Shown here one piece after another: positions 19,848 through 29,160 of a stretch of DNA of 37,506 bases; position 1 is the stretch's first letter, and each line of letters begins with the position of its first letter. The position numbers were made by a program, and so were the translations under genes. The stretch lies in the IMG/VR virus record IMGVR_UViG_2802429245_000007; one strand, given 5' to 3'. The notes below the pieces were generated by a model. The model saw only the letters and a program-made list of their open reading frames with translations, made no database searches and had not been told where the DNA came from. The DNA is from a virus (lineage: Duplodnaviria > Heunggongvirae > Uroviricota > Caudoviricetes).

Positions 19848-20051
19848 TCAGTCCCATAGCTGGACGGTCTGCACGGTGGTGGTTGTCGGAATGTCCGGCA
19901 GCTCCACCTGCAGCCCGTGAGGTAAAAAGGGGCCGTATTCGGCAAGCCCCGGATTTGCCTTCAGTACCTGCTCCGTGACACCCTGCGTGCGCCCGTAATG
20001 ACGCCAGCAAAGTGCGTCCACCGTGTCATACTGATGCGCACGCACTTTCAT
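19848..20051 (-). CDS. X: tail protein X
   Basis: 67-aa ORF between L and holin; P2 X size and position. Confidence 0.75.
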   Translation of the reverse strand: MKVRAHQYDTVDALCWRHYGRTQGVTEQVLKANPGLAEYGPFLPHGLQVELPDIPTTTTVQTVQLWD

Positions 20052-20578
20052 CAGATAAGCTCCACTGTGCAGTGCGGCGCATCCTGCACCCGGCTGATGG
20101 CCCAGCGGGCGTCACGCCATAAATCACCGCTTGCTTCCGCCAGTTCCTCGCCTCGCTTCGCACCGGATGCCGTGGCGTCATAGTCCTGGTAACGTTCGTT
20201 GAGCATGGCGCGTGCCCAGCAGTAAACCGCGTTGAAATAGTGCTGAATGCGCTCGCTTTTGCCGTCCAGTTGTTCCGCCGGGACTTCTGCCAGCGAGGCA
20301 TACCCCAGCATCTGCTGGCGTCTGCGAAACTCATACAGCTCTGCGTTGACCTCCGAAATTGCCGACAGCGCAACCTGCTTTAAACGCGGCTGCGTCACCG
20401 TGCCGTCAGTGCGCATGACACTGCGAAACTCCGACAGGTCCACATCAGGCCAGAACGGCGTATTTCTGATGATTTCCGCCTGTTCCGGTGCCTGTTCTGG
20501 CGCAACAAACTTCATGCTGCTTTCTCCTGAAATAGAGGGCGGTGGACGGAGTTTTGATGTGGCTGTGCCTTTCGCCAC
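20051..20578 (-). CDS. L: head completion/stabilization protein
   Basis: 175-aa ORF after M; P2 order. Confidence 0.8.
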   Translation of the reverse strand: MAKGTATSKLRPPPSISGESSMKFVAPEQAPEQAEIIRNTPFWPDVDLSEFRSVMRTDGTVTQPRLKQVALSAISEVNAELYEFRRRQQMLGYASLAEVPAEQLDGKSERIQHYFNAVYCWARAMLNERYQDYDATASGAKRGEELAEASGDLWRDARWAISRVQDAPHCTVELI

Positions 20579-20610
20579 CCCGTGCCGCCCGTGCGCGGGG
20601 GCACGTTCTG

Positions 20611-21261
20611 TCAGCGGCTGTCATTGCGCAGTCTGCGCTCCAGCTGCTGTTTGTCTTTTTTCACGCCACAGCGGGGATCGAGCTGTAACGCATGGTTGAG
20701 ATGATTAAGGGCGGAAGCCGGATTGCTTTCGCTCAGGACTGCGCCAATCGCTTTATGCAGACGCGCCCGTGACTGGTCCGGCATATCCAGACCGTCTGTC
20801 AGCTCCAGCGTCTGCAACAACAGATCGACATCGAAGCCGGTGGCGGCAAGCATTGCGCTCTGCGCGGCGTCTGCCATTTCCTCTGCCAGCACGGTCTGCA
20901 CGTTGCGGTTACCCAGCGGCATCACCCAGCCATGACGCAGGGCATGACGCCCGATCTCCAGCGCCCCGGCATAATCTCCGGCATCAATACGCCACAGCAT
21001 CACGTACATCAGCACGTCATCCTGTTGCGCGCCTCCGGCAGCCAGAACACCCTCCGCCCAGGCGGCGTACTTCGGCAGCAGCTCCACTTTGATTTCCGCT
21101 TTTTTGACCGTGGACTGAACGCCCTTGAGACGGCGGCGGTCTTCCGCCAGTTGCAGCAGCATCAGGTCATAGCCCGACGCGTGGCGAACGCTGCCGCCCT
21201 CACGGGCGGCCTGTTCAGCCTGAACGCGCAGGCGATGCTGCCGTGCGGGACTCAGGCTCAT
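20611..21261 (-). CDS. M: terminase endonuclease (small) subunit
   Basis: 216-aa ORF after capsid gene N; P2 order. Confidence 0.8.
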   Translation of the reverse strand: MSLSPARQHRLRVQAEQAAREGGSVRHASGYDLMLLQLAEDRRRLKGVQSTVKKAEIKVELLPKYAAWAEGVLAAGGAQQDDVLMYVMLWRIDAGDYAGALEIGRHALRHGWVMPLGNRNVQTVLAEEMADAAQSAMLAATGFDVDLLLQTLELTDGLDMPDQSRARLHKAIGAVLSESNPASALNHLNHALQLDPRCGVKKDKQQLERRLRNDSR

Positions 21262-21264
21262 GGT

Positions 21265-22323
21265 TTATGCTCCGGTTTCTGCTGCGGCGGCGCTGAAGTC
21301 GCCAATCTGGATGTTTTCCACCAGTGCGGCGCAGCGGTAGTCCTCAACCACATAGGCTTCGTTAACGGATTCAAAATTTTCAATCCGGTCACGTTTCGGG
21401 TTGTCGATAACTGAACGGCGGCGGGTGTCTTCCTGCCAGTAGATGGACAGGTTATCCAGACGGGTGATCAGCAGCGCATTCGGCGGGAAGAACGGCGCAC
21501 GCACGGCCTGCAGGCCACCCATGCGTTTCTGGCTGATGATCATATCGGCAGCCAGTTTTTCACTGTTTTCCTGCTCTTTGTTGACCAGTGGGAAATACTT
21601 GTCAGACAACAGTTCACGACCGCAAATCACCACCAGATCGTCATCGTCCTGGTAGACCACATCGATAAGCTCATTGACGGCATCCATCACTACGGCGTCC
21701 AGGTTGGCATATTCGCCACCTTTGCCGACTTTCACTGCGCCCGGTGTGGTTTCACCGCCCGTGGTGGTGCTGCCCATGACGTGATCCGGTGCATCCTCAC
21801 GGATTTTCTGCAGCCAGCCTTTGTTCACATCCTGCAGCAGCGGGTTTTCGCTACGGTTGGAGGTTTTCGCACGCTTCACGCCGTTAAAGCCGATCATGAT
21901 GCGGTCCAGTGCCTGACGTTTCACGATGGCGTCACGGATACGCACCTGGAAATCCTGAAACTTCGCCCACAGATCCAGCTTCGCGTAGGTCAGCACCGTG
22001 TCAAAGTTGGTCTGTTCGCATTTGTATTCCACATCGACCATCAGCGTTGGATCGACAGGTTCACGCTCTTTCGCGGTGGTGTCAGTGGTTCCGGCAATGG
22101 TGCTGCCAACACCCAGCCCCAGCAGCTGACCGGACTGCTCAGTCACTGGCGTGACGTTAATCAGCGTCAGGAAAGCGGCGGACTGCTGGATCTGGTCTTC
22201 CAGCGTCTGCTGCACAGACGGCTCTACAGTGAACTTGCTGGACAGTTCTTCAACTGCCACACCGTTCAGACGCGCCAGCTGCTGCAGATAAGCGTTAAAA
22301 GCAAAGCGGGTATTCTTCTTCAT
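21265..22323 (-). CDS. N: major capsid protein
   Basis: 352-aa ORF; P2 gpN size and position. Confidence 0.85.
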   Translation of the reverse strand: MKKNTRFAFNAYLQQLARLNGVAVEELSSKFTVEPSVQQTLEDQIQQSAAFLTLINVTPVTEQSGQLLGLGVGSTIAGTTDTTAKEREPVDPTLMVDVEYKCEQTNFDTVLTYAKLDLWAKFQDFQVRIRDAIVKRQALDRIMIGFNGVKRAKTSNRSENPLLQDVNKGWLQKIREDAPDHVMGSTTTGGETTPGAVKVGKGGEYANLDAVVMDAVNELIDVVYQDDDDLVVICGRELLSDKYFPLVNKEQENSEKLAADMIISQKRMGGLQAVRAPFFPPNALLITRLDNLSIYWQEDTRRRSVIDNPKRDRIENFESVNEAYVVEDYRCAALVENIQIGDFSAAAAETGA

Positions 22324-22339
22324 CAGGTTTTGTGCTCCA

Positions 22340-23173
22340 TCAGCAATTGGTCAGAGTGTCAGCGGGGGCGTTACCGCCTGTTGCACGCTGGCGGTAGTCC
22401 TGGCGGCTGTCTTCATGACTCAGCTTATTCACCAGTTCGTTAAAGGCGGTCTGCTGTGCCTGCAGGGCAGTCTCCAGCTCAGACAGACGTTCTTCCTGCT
22501 CAGACAGGGATTTTTCGGTGCGTGCGCTCAGGTTTTGCTGCTCAGTGGCGACCAGCTCCACGGCCTTATGCACATCAGAGAACCGGGCATTGTCGGACTG
22601 CTCTTTTTTGGTAAACAGCGCCGTGACACGGGCAAACAGGGAAGGTTTGTCGTCCTGGATTTCTTCCAGTTCGATCACCGTTTCCTCTGCAGCGGTAAAG
22701 AGATTGGCGGGATTCTGCTTGCGGTTTGCCAGCGGGTTATGGGCTGCACTTGCGCTGAATGTCAGCATTTCAGTGCCCAGACTGGCAGGGTCATCAGTGG
22801 CAGCCAGGCCGACCAGGTAGGCTTTGCCCGTATCAGCGAACTTCGGGCTGACTTCCATAGAGGTGAATAATTTCTGGCCTTTTTTCACCAGCTCCACCAG
22901 GGACTCCGTTGGCTCAACATCGGCATACAGCGCCATCTTGCCTGCCAGCGGACCTTCCGTGATTTCTTCAGCAAACAGCGCCGTCACCTTGCCGTAGCGG
23001 TTAAAGGTGCTGTCCGGCAGATAAGACTTGATGTGCTCAAGGTTAATCAGCGCGGTATACACCGCCGGGTTGTAGCTGGCTGCCATCTGTTCCAGCCATT
23101 CACGCTGGATTTCGCGTCCGTCGGTGGTGGCACCTTCCACCCCGATGCGAAAACGCTTTGCTTTCACTGTCAT
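22340..23173 (-). CDS. O: capsid scaffolding protein
   Basis: 277-aa ORF with coiled-coil/Glu-rich C-terminus, first gene of the O-N-M-L operon, divergent from P. Confidence 0.85.
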   Translation of the reverse strand: MTVKAKRFRIGVEGATTDGREIQREWLEQMAASYNPAVYTALINLEHIKSYLPDSTFNRYGKVTALFAEEITEGPLAGKMALYADVEPTESLVELVKKGQKLFTSMEVSPKFADTGKAYLVGLAATDDPASLGTEMLTFSASAAHNPLANRKQNPANLFTAAEETVIELEEIQDDKPSLFARVTALFTKKEQSDNARFSDVHKAVELVATEQQNLSARTEKSLSEQEERLSELETALQAQQTAFNELVNKLSHEDSRQDYRQRATGGNAPADTLTNC

Positions 23174-23251
23174 GAGCCGTGCTCCGTTAGAAAAAACTTA
23201 CTGGAGCCTTATGGTTGCGGTGATGGGGGTAGTGAAACAATGCGCGGTATT

Positions 23252-23269
23252 TGTACCGACAACCACACA
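23252..23269. promoter_or_regulatory. candidate late promoter dyad TGT-N12-ACA in the divergent O/P control region
   Basis: tgtaccgacaaccacaca about 87 bp upstream of the O start codon. Confidence 0.45.
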
Positions 23270-23315
23270 AACCGCAGGCGGGGAAAGCCTTCATTCAAGG
23301 CTGTAGGTTTGTGCC

Positions 23316-25082
23316 ATGAACACCACACTGACACCCGCAGATCTCGATCCCCGTCGGCAGGCCATGCTGCTGTACTTTCAGGGATACCGCGTAGCCCGCA
23401 TTGCTGAAATGCTGGGCGAGAAAGTTGCAACCGTTCACAGCTGGAAAAAACGCGACAAGTGGGGTGATTATGGGCCGCTGGATCAGATGCAGCTCACCAC
23501 CGCCACACGCTACTGCCAGCTCATTATGAAGGAGCACAAAGAAGGGAAAGATTTCAAAGAGATTGACCTGCTGGCGCGCCAGTCGGAACGCCACGCGCAG
23601 ATCGGCAAGTTTAACAATGGCGGCAACGAAGCCGACTTAAACCCTAACGTCGCCAACCGCAACAAAGGCCCACGCCGTCAGCCGGAAAAGAACGTTTTCA
23701 CCGATGAACAGATTGAGAAGCTGGAAGAAATTTTCCATTCCTCCATGTTCAACTACCAGCGCCACTGGTGGGAAGCCGGAAAAACCAACCGCATCCGCAA
23801 CCTGCTGAAGTCACGCCAGATCGGCGCGACCTTTTACTTTGCCCGTGAAGCCCTGATTGACGCCCTGCTTACCGGACGTAACCAGATTTTCCTTTCTGCC
23901 AGCAAGGCACAGGCCCACGTCTTTAAGCAGTACATCATCGACTTCGCCAAAGAAGTGGAGGTGGAGCTGAAAGGCGATCCGATGGTGCTTCCTAACGGGG
24001 CCACGCTTTACTTCCTCGGCACCAATGCCCGCACGGCCCAGAGTTACCACGGCAACCTGTATCTGGATGAATATTTCTGGATACCGAAATTCCAGGAGTT
24101 ACGCAAAGTGGCTTCCGGTATGGCTATTCACAAAAAATGGCGACAAACCTATTTTTCCACGCCATCCAGCCTGACACACAGTGCTTATCCGTTCTGGTCC
24201 GGTGCGCTATTCAACCGTGGGCGCAACAAAGCCGATAAGGTGGACATCGACCTGTCCCACAGCAATCTGGCCCCCGGCCTGCTGTGCGCAGACGGGCAAT
24301 ACCGCCAGATAGTCACCGTGGAAGATGCGGTGCGCGGCGGCTGTAACCTGTTCGATCTCGACCAGTTGCGCATGGAGTACAGCCCGGACGAATACCAGAA
24401 CCTGCTGATGTGTGAGTTCGTGGACGATCTCGCGTCCGTGTTCCCGCTCAGCGAGCTGCAGGCGTGCATGGTGGACAGTTGGGAAGTCTGGACCGACTTT
24501 CATGCACTGGCGCTGCGCCCGTTTGGCTGGCGCGAGGTTTGGATCGGTTATGACCCGGCAAAAGGTACGCAGAACGGCGACAGCGCCGGATGCGTGGTGG
24601 TGGCACCGCCAGCCGTGCCGGGCGGTAAGTTCCGCATTCTTGAGCGTCACCAGTGGCGCGGGATGGACTTCCGCGCCCAGGCTGACGCCATCAAAAAACT
24701 GACCGAACAGTATAACGTGACCTATATCGGCATCGACTCGACCGGCGTCGGTCACGGGGTTTACGAGAACGTGAAAGCGTTTTTTCCTGCCGTCAGGGAG
24801 TTTGTCTACAACCCCAACGTTAAAAACGCCCTGGTACTCAAGGCCTACGACATTATCAGCCACCGCCGTCTGGAGTTTGACGCCGGGCACACCGACATTG
24901 CGCAGTCATTCATGGCAATCCGTCGCGCAACCACCGCCAGTGGCAACCGCCCAACCTATGAAGCCAGCCGCAGCGAAGAAGCCAGCCACGCCGATCTGGC
25001 CTGGGCAACGATGCACGCACTGTTTAACGAACCGCTGCAGGGCGAGTCCGCCAATACCAGCAATATTGTGGAGATTTTTTGA
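23316..25082 (+). CDS. P: terminase ATPase (large) subunit
   Basis: 588-aa ORF divergent from O; P2 gpP size and position. Confidence 0.85.
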   Translation: MNTTLTPADLDPRRQAMLLYFQGYRVARIAEMLGEKVATVHSWKKRDKWGDYGPLDQMQLTTATRYCQLIMKEHKEGKDFKEIDLLARQSERHAQIGKFNNGGNEADLNPNVANRNKGPRRQPEKNVFTDEQIEKLEEIFHSSMFNYQRHWWEAGKTNRIRNLLKSRQIGATFYFAREALIDALLTGRNQIFLSASKAQAHVFKQYIIDFAKEVEVELKGDPMVLPNGATLYFLGTNARTAQSYHGNLYLDEYFWIPKFQELRKVASGMAIHKKWRQTYFSTPSSLTHSAYPFWSGALFNRGRNKADKVDIDLSHSNLAPGLLCADGQYRQIVTVEDAVRGGCNLFDLDQLRMEYSPDEYQNLLMCEFVDDLASVFPLSELQACMVDSWEVWTDFHALALRPFGWREVWIGYDPAKGTQNGDSAGCVVVAPPAVPGGKFRILERHQWRGMDFRAQADAIKKLTEQYNVTYIGIDSTGVGHGVYENVKAFFPAVREFVYNPNVKNALVLKAYDIISHRRLEFDAGHTDIAQSFMAIRRATTASGNRPTYEASRSEEASHADLAWATMHALFNEPLQGESANTSNIVEIF

Positions 25083-26110
25083 TGGGAAAGAGTAAGAAAA
25101 ACCGCGCAGCGGAGATGAATCAGATCCAGCATAAAAGCCAGACTTCAGCCGAAGCATTCAGCTTCGGCGATCCCGTTCCTGTTCTGGACCGTCGCGAACT
25201 GCTGGACTATGTGGAATGCGTACAGATGGATCGCTGGTATGAGCCGCCTGTGAGTTTCGACGGCCTGGCGCGAACCTTCCGCGCCGCCGTACACCACAGC
25301 TCACCGATTGCAGTAAAGTGCAACATTCTGACCAGCACCTATATCCCTCACCCGCTGCTCAGCCAGCAGGCTTTTTCACGTTTTGTGCAGGACTATCTGG
25401 TATTTGGTAACGCCTACCTGGAGAAACGCACGAACCGCTTCGGTGAAGTTATCGCCCTTGAACCTGCGCTGGCAAAATACACCCGACGCGGATTAGACCT
25501 GGATACCTACTGGTTTGTGCAATACGGCATGACCACGCAGCCGTATCAGTTCACGAAAGGCAGCATTTTTCATCTGATGGAACCGGACATCAACCAGGAG
25601 ATCTACGGCCTGCCAGGCTATCTTTCTGCCATTCCATCCGCCCTGCTCAACGAGTCTGCCACGCTGTTCCGCCGTAAGTATTACATCAACGGCAGCCATG
25701 CAGGCTTCATCATGTACATGACCGACGCCGCGCAGAATCAGGAGGATGTGAACAATCTCCGCAACGCGATGAAAAGCGCCAAAGGTCCAGGCAACTTCCG
25801 CAACCTGTTTATGTACTCGCCTAACGGCAAAAAGGACGGCCTTCAGATCATCCCTTTGTCAGAAGTTGCGGCGAAGGATGAGTTTCTGAATATCAAGAAC
25901 GTGAGCCGTGATGACATGATGGCTGCGCACCGCGTGCCGCCGCAGATGATGGGGATTATGCCGAATAATGTTGGGGGATTTGGGGATGTGGAGAAGGCCG
26001 CAAATGTTTTTGTACGTAACGAACTATTACCATTACAAAAGAGGATGGAGGAATTTAATGATTGGCTAGGGGAAGACCTAATCACATTCAATCCATATTA
26101 TTTTACTTAA
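25079..26110 (+). CDS. Q: portal (capsid portal vertex) protein
   Basis: 343-aa ORF overlapping the P stop by 4 nt; P2 gpQ size and position. Confidence 0.85.
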   Translation: MMGKSKKNRAAEMNQIQHKSQTSAEAFSFGDPVPVLDRRELLDYVECVQMDRWYEPPVSFDGLARTFRAAVHHSSPIAVKCNILTSTYIPHPLLSQQAFSRFVQDYLVFGNAYLEKRTNRFGEVIALEPALAKYTRRGLDLDTYWFVQYGMTTQPYQFTKGSIFHLMEPDINQEIYGLPGYLSAIPSALLNESATLFRRKYYINGSHAGFIMYMTDAAQNQEDVNNLRNAMKSAKGPGNFRNLFMYSPNGKKDGLQIIPLSEVAAKDEFLNIKNVSRDDMMAAHRVPPQMMGIMPNNVGGFGDVEKAANVFVRNELLPLQKRMEEFNDWLGEDLITFNPYYFT

Positions 26111-26164
26111 CATTCGGATCCAGCCCCGAGAAAATACAAACTTTTTCAACGGGGCAACCCTCAC

Positions 26165-27319
26165 TTACTCAACTTCCTCATAATAAATTTCCCACTGGTC
26201 ATTCATTCCTACAACTTGTTTTTCCTCGTAAGTATACTGAACTCTATCAATTTCAATCACTTTTGAGGTTCCTTCTATAAATTCCATGTCCGAAGGATTA
26301 AAAACAACCAAATTCTTTCCTTCACCAACTGTACTTGAAAATTGAATACCATCGTACCCTTCCTTTCTTATACAATCGGATATAAGTTGTGACACGCTAT
26401 ATCTACCTTCTAAGGAAGGCGGGGTTGCAGTATTAAAAATACCCGCCATTTTAGCATATGGAATCATAGCTAATAGACTGTCATCATCCTCAATGAATCC
26501 TAAAAAATTCGGGTGTGAAAAATCGAATACTTTTAATGCTCTTGCAACTCTAAAGGTGCCAATTGAAACAACATCTGTTGGATGCGGTCGAACTTCCGCA
26601 ATCGCGGTATAGCTATCTGTAGCACAATAAAGATATGAAACCCCCACTCTATTGGCCCTACCAGACGTTGCCCTAAGTGGAGGCACTGCTCCTATTTCCT
26701 TGTCTTTAAATGGAACAAATATTTTCTTTCCTTCACGGCTGAATTCTTGAAAAGCAACTTTATAACCAGCAGTTCCGACTCTTGCTCTATAGACTACCGA
26801 ACTCCCTTCAATAGTCTTAGCGAAGTTATCATCATAGCTGCTTATAATACTCCTTAACTCATCTTCAAAATCATGATAATTTCTTTCTGAAAGTTTTTTC
26901 GATAACGACTCTAAAAATGGCTGATGTGAATTCTTGATAGACATATATGGCATATTATATGTTCTATCAACTCCATATCCTGCATAAAGATTAATTTCAT
27001 TTTCCACATAAAAACCCATATTCCACAATTCGCCATCAAGGTCCCCAAGAGCTTCATCTTGCTCCTGTATATCTTTAGAAAAAATAAAATCATCTGCTAA
27101 AAGAAAACCCGTAAAATTATCACCACCAAAATGAGTATTATAATCAACCTCATCATAAAAATATCTCACTATAGCCTTCAGCAAGTTATGTACTTCAAGT
27201 GATTCAGTATCTAAACAAATATTATCTGAACCACAAAAAGCACAAGTACTATGAATGTTTTGCAAACGCATTAAGTTTTTAATATTTGATTCGATAATAT
27301 GATTTTCGCAGATAAACAT
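26165..27319 (-). CDS. RES-domain protein with novel approximately 190-aa N-terminal Cys-containing domain; cargo between Q and cos
   Basis: 384-aa AT-rich ORF; RES-like motifs SGRANRVGVSYLYCATDSYTAIAE and DGIQFSSTVGEGKNLVVF; strong RBS GGGGGA 5 nt upstream of ATG. Confidence 0.6.
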   Translation of the reverse strand: MFICENHIIESNIKNLMRLQNIHSTCAFCGSDNICLDTESLEVHNLLKAIVRYFYDEVDYNTHFGGDNFTGFLLADDFIFSKDIQEQDEALGDLDGELWNMGFYVENEINLYAGYGVDRTYNMPYMSIKNSHQPFLESLSKKLSERNYHDFEDELRSIISSYDDNFAKTIEGSSVVYRARVGTAGYKVAFQEFSREGKKIFVPFKDKEIGAVPPLRATSGRANRVGVSYLYCATDSYTAIAEVRPHPTDVVSIGTFRVARALKVFDFSHPNFLGFIEDDDSLLAMIPYAKMAGIFNTATPPSLEGRYSVSQLISDCIRKEGYDGIQFSSTVGEGKNLVVFNPSDMEFIEGTSKVIEIDRVQYTYEEKQVVGMNDQWEIYYEEVE

Positions 27320-27380
27320 TATAATCCCCCTTAATTACCCCTTAGATACTAATTATTGCCGTTTGGGACTGCGCGCGCAA

Positions 27381-27401
27381 TCGTATCCCCGCCACGCCTA
27401 C
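27381..27401 (-). other. candidate cohesive-end (cos) site
   Basis: Minus strand reads GGCGTGGCGGGGATACGA, matching the first 13 nt of the 186/P2 19-nt cohesive end as I recall it (GGCG(T/A)GGCGGGGAAAGCA(T/C)); GC-rich non-coding gap adjacent to the Q side of the genome. Confidence 0.4.
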
Positions 27402-27598
27402 CCGCTTTATGCAGTGGTTTTCATGCGCCTGCATGACATATGCAACAGCCCGCCAGCTCAGGCTGGCATCAGCGAAAACGATCGTCATACTATCATGCGA
27501 TCTCATGCGCCATATGAAGTTTTCCTGACACAGCCTTGGGTTGGGATAACACCTAACTCAGGAAGATTTTTTGTGTGTTTGTAACCCGCACCTAGAGT

Positions 27599-28768
27599 TT
27601 ACCAATCCATGTTTGCGGCATTATCCATCTCACGAGTTAAGTAATTAACCAATAAGTCCATATTCCTTTCTGATTTCATCGCCTCCGCATAGGTTCCATT
27701 AGTTACGTAAGATAGTATTAAAGGACATCCAGATTCAATATAAATTTTTGCTGGGGACAGTTCTCCCTGCCACAAATTTTCAAGAAAATCGTTAATTAAT
27801 TGCATTGCTTCAGGTGCCAAAAAATGCACACCATTTCCAAACTTGAAACGTTCTTTATTTTCTCGATGAGGCAGCAATAGTGGCACAGCCCCTACACTTG
27901 AGTGAAATTCCAATGCTTGCCCATCCTTACCGAAGGCGCCATGGGCTACAAAATTACGCACCTGTTTTCTGAGTATAAGTAAACGATCATAGAATGATTT
28001 TAGACTGGAAGAGTTAATATCAATGGCTAATTTGAATTTCTCCCCCCATTCTTTTCCAACTTTATCAGCCACATCATTCCCATTTTTTATCTCACCCTTC
28101 AAGATTGCAATAAGAATGAAAACATGCTCGGTCCAATTGAAAAATGACTCAATTGCAGACGTTGCTAACCACATAGCCTCTCTTCGGAGTTCAATTATCT
28201 TATTTGATTGTTCAAAAGTGGATTGTAACAGGCTGAAAAAATTATCAGACTTAAACTCACTATCAACTTCCAGTTTAGACTCTTGGCCAGCAGCAACTTC
28301 ATCAAGCTTCTGTTTATATAGCTCTAAAAAATAGCAAAACCTATCATAAAGAGAATTAGCATTGTTATTAACATTTAGATTTGAAGTCTTTGCTGCATTG
28401 TCTGCAAGCGAGTCAAAAAATTTCGTAGCAGCTTTAACCCCTGCGCAAATATGTCTCAAAACAGTTTTAGCTTGCTCTATATCATCATCACTCTTGATAA
28501 ATATATCTAAACCAAGTTTACGATGTTCTATAATTACGACAGTCCCATCAATCCGGACTGGGATAGAAAAAGAAATCTTCTCATCAACCCCACGATTTTT
28601 AAATTTCAGTAAATCTACCAAAAGAAAATAAACGAGATAATACGGAGGTAATGAGTCTCCCAAACCCGAGCGCTTACCCCAAAAATATTCATCAAGCTCG
28701 GCAGACTCCATTGTCCCTATGACTCTTCGGACGCGTTCTTCAACTTTAGCCAGATCCATTCCCCACAC
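27599..28768 (-). CDS. hypothetical cargo protein with HEPN-like R-N-x3-H motif (candidate RNase effector) at the tin/old-type locus
   Basis: 389-aa AT-rich ORF between cos and the replication gene; motif RKQVRNFVAHGAFG; GTG start in track, ATG at 28759 alternative. Confidence 0.55.
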   Translation of the reverse strand: MWGMDLAKVEERVRRVIGTMESAELDEYFWGKRSGLGDSLPPYYLVYFLLVDLLKFKNRGVDEKISFSIPVRIDGTVVIIEHRKLGLDIFIKSDDDIEQAKTVLRHICAGVKAATKFFDSLADNAAKTSNLNVNNNANSLYDRFCYFLELYKQKLDEVAAGQESKLEVDSEFKSDNFFSLLQSTFEQSNKIIELRREAMWLATSAIESFFNWTEHVFILIAILKGEIKNGNDVADKVGKEWGEKFKLAIDINSSSLKSFYDRLLILRKQVRNFVAHGAFGKDGQALEFHSSVGAVPLLLPHRENKERFKFGNGVHFLAPEAMQLINDFLENLWQGELSPAKIYIESGCPLILSYVTNGTYAEAMKSERNMDLLVNYLTREMDNAANMDW

Positions 28769-28883
28769 CGCCTTTCAATATCACTTAAGGTATTACAGCC
28801 AATGACATCGATTAAATACAGCGTAGATAATAGGCAACTTGCTACTGTTTTCAAGGGCTTTCTGTTTCAATCCTTAGTTGACC

Positions 28884-28918
28884 TTGCTGACGCGAGAATC
28901 TAGTTCTCACGCCAGCAA
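28884..28918 (-). other. intercistronic RNA stem-loop (15-bp arms, 5-nt loop)
   Basis: ttgctgacgcgagaa-tctag-ttctcacgccagcaa; the two non-Watson-Crick positions are G-U pairs only on the minus-strand transcript, the coding sense of both flanking genes. Confidence 0.45.
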
Positions 28919-28929
28919 CGCCCCTGCTG

Positions 28930-29118
28930 CTAACCGGGAAGATCCATTACACGGTTATATTCATGGGCACGAATTTTCGCCATCAACTCATCAGTCAGCT
29001 CTGAAACCCACTGCAGAGCCAGCCCCTTCTCTTCATCACTACACTCACTAGCCGCTACAAGCTTAAGAAAAAAATCAATGCGCTGGAGCTTCAAAGACTC
29101 CAAAAAATAGTCCTGCAT
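28930..29118 (-). CDS. small hypothetical protein, likely SOS-regulated (Tum-position; possible antirepressor or partner of the 389-aa protein)
   Basis: 62-aa ORF with strong RBS AGGAGG, preceded by a LexA-box-like sequence; occupies the position of the 186 LexA-controlled tum operon. Confidence 0.5.
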   Translation of the reverse strand: MQDYFLESLKLQRIDFFLKLVAASECSDEEKGLALQWVSELTDELMAKIRAHEYNRVMDLPG

Positions 29119-29160
29119 CTTTCCTCCTATGACACCAAAACAATACTGTATACATAACCA

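Noticed and set aside
23299..23316. Second TGT-N12-ACA dyad (tgtgccatgaacaccaca) near the P start
   Set aside because: Overlaps the annotated P start codon, so cannot be placed at about -55 for P; may be chance or imply a downstream P start, left unresolved
27245..27265. R-x4-H (RLQNIH) at residues 19-24 of the RES protein as a possible HEPN motif
   Set aside because: At the extreme N-terminus with no room for the preceding HEPN helices; probably coincidental
27363..27584. 73-aa plus-strand ORF in the gap between the RES gene and the 389-aa gene
   Set aside because: Lies across the GC-rich cos-like non-coding region with no convincing RBS; more likely non-coding
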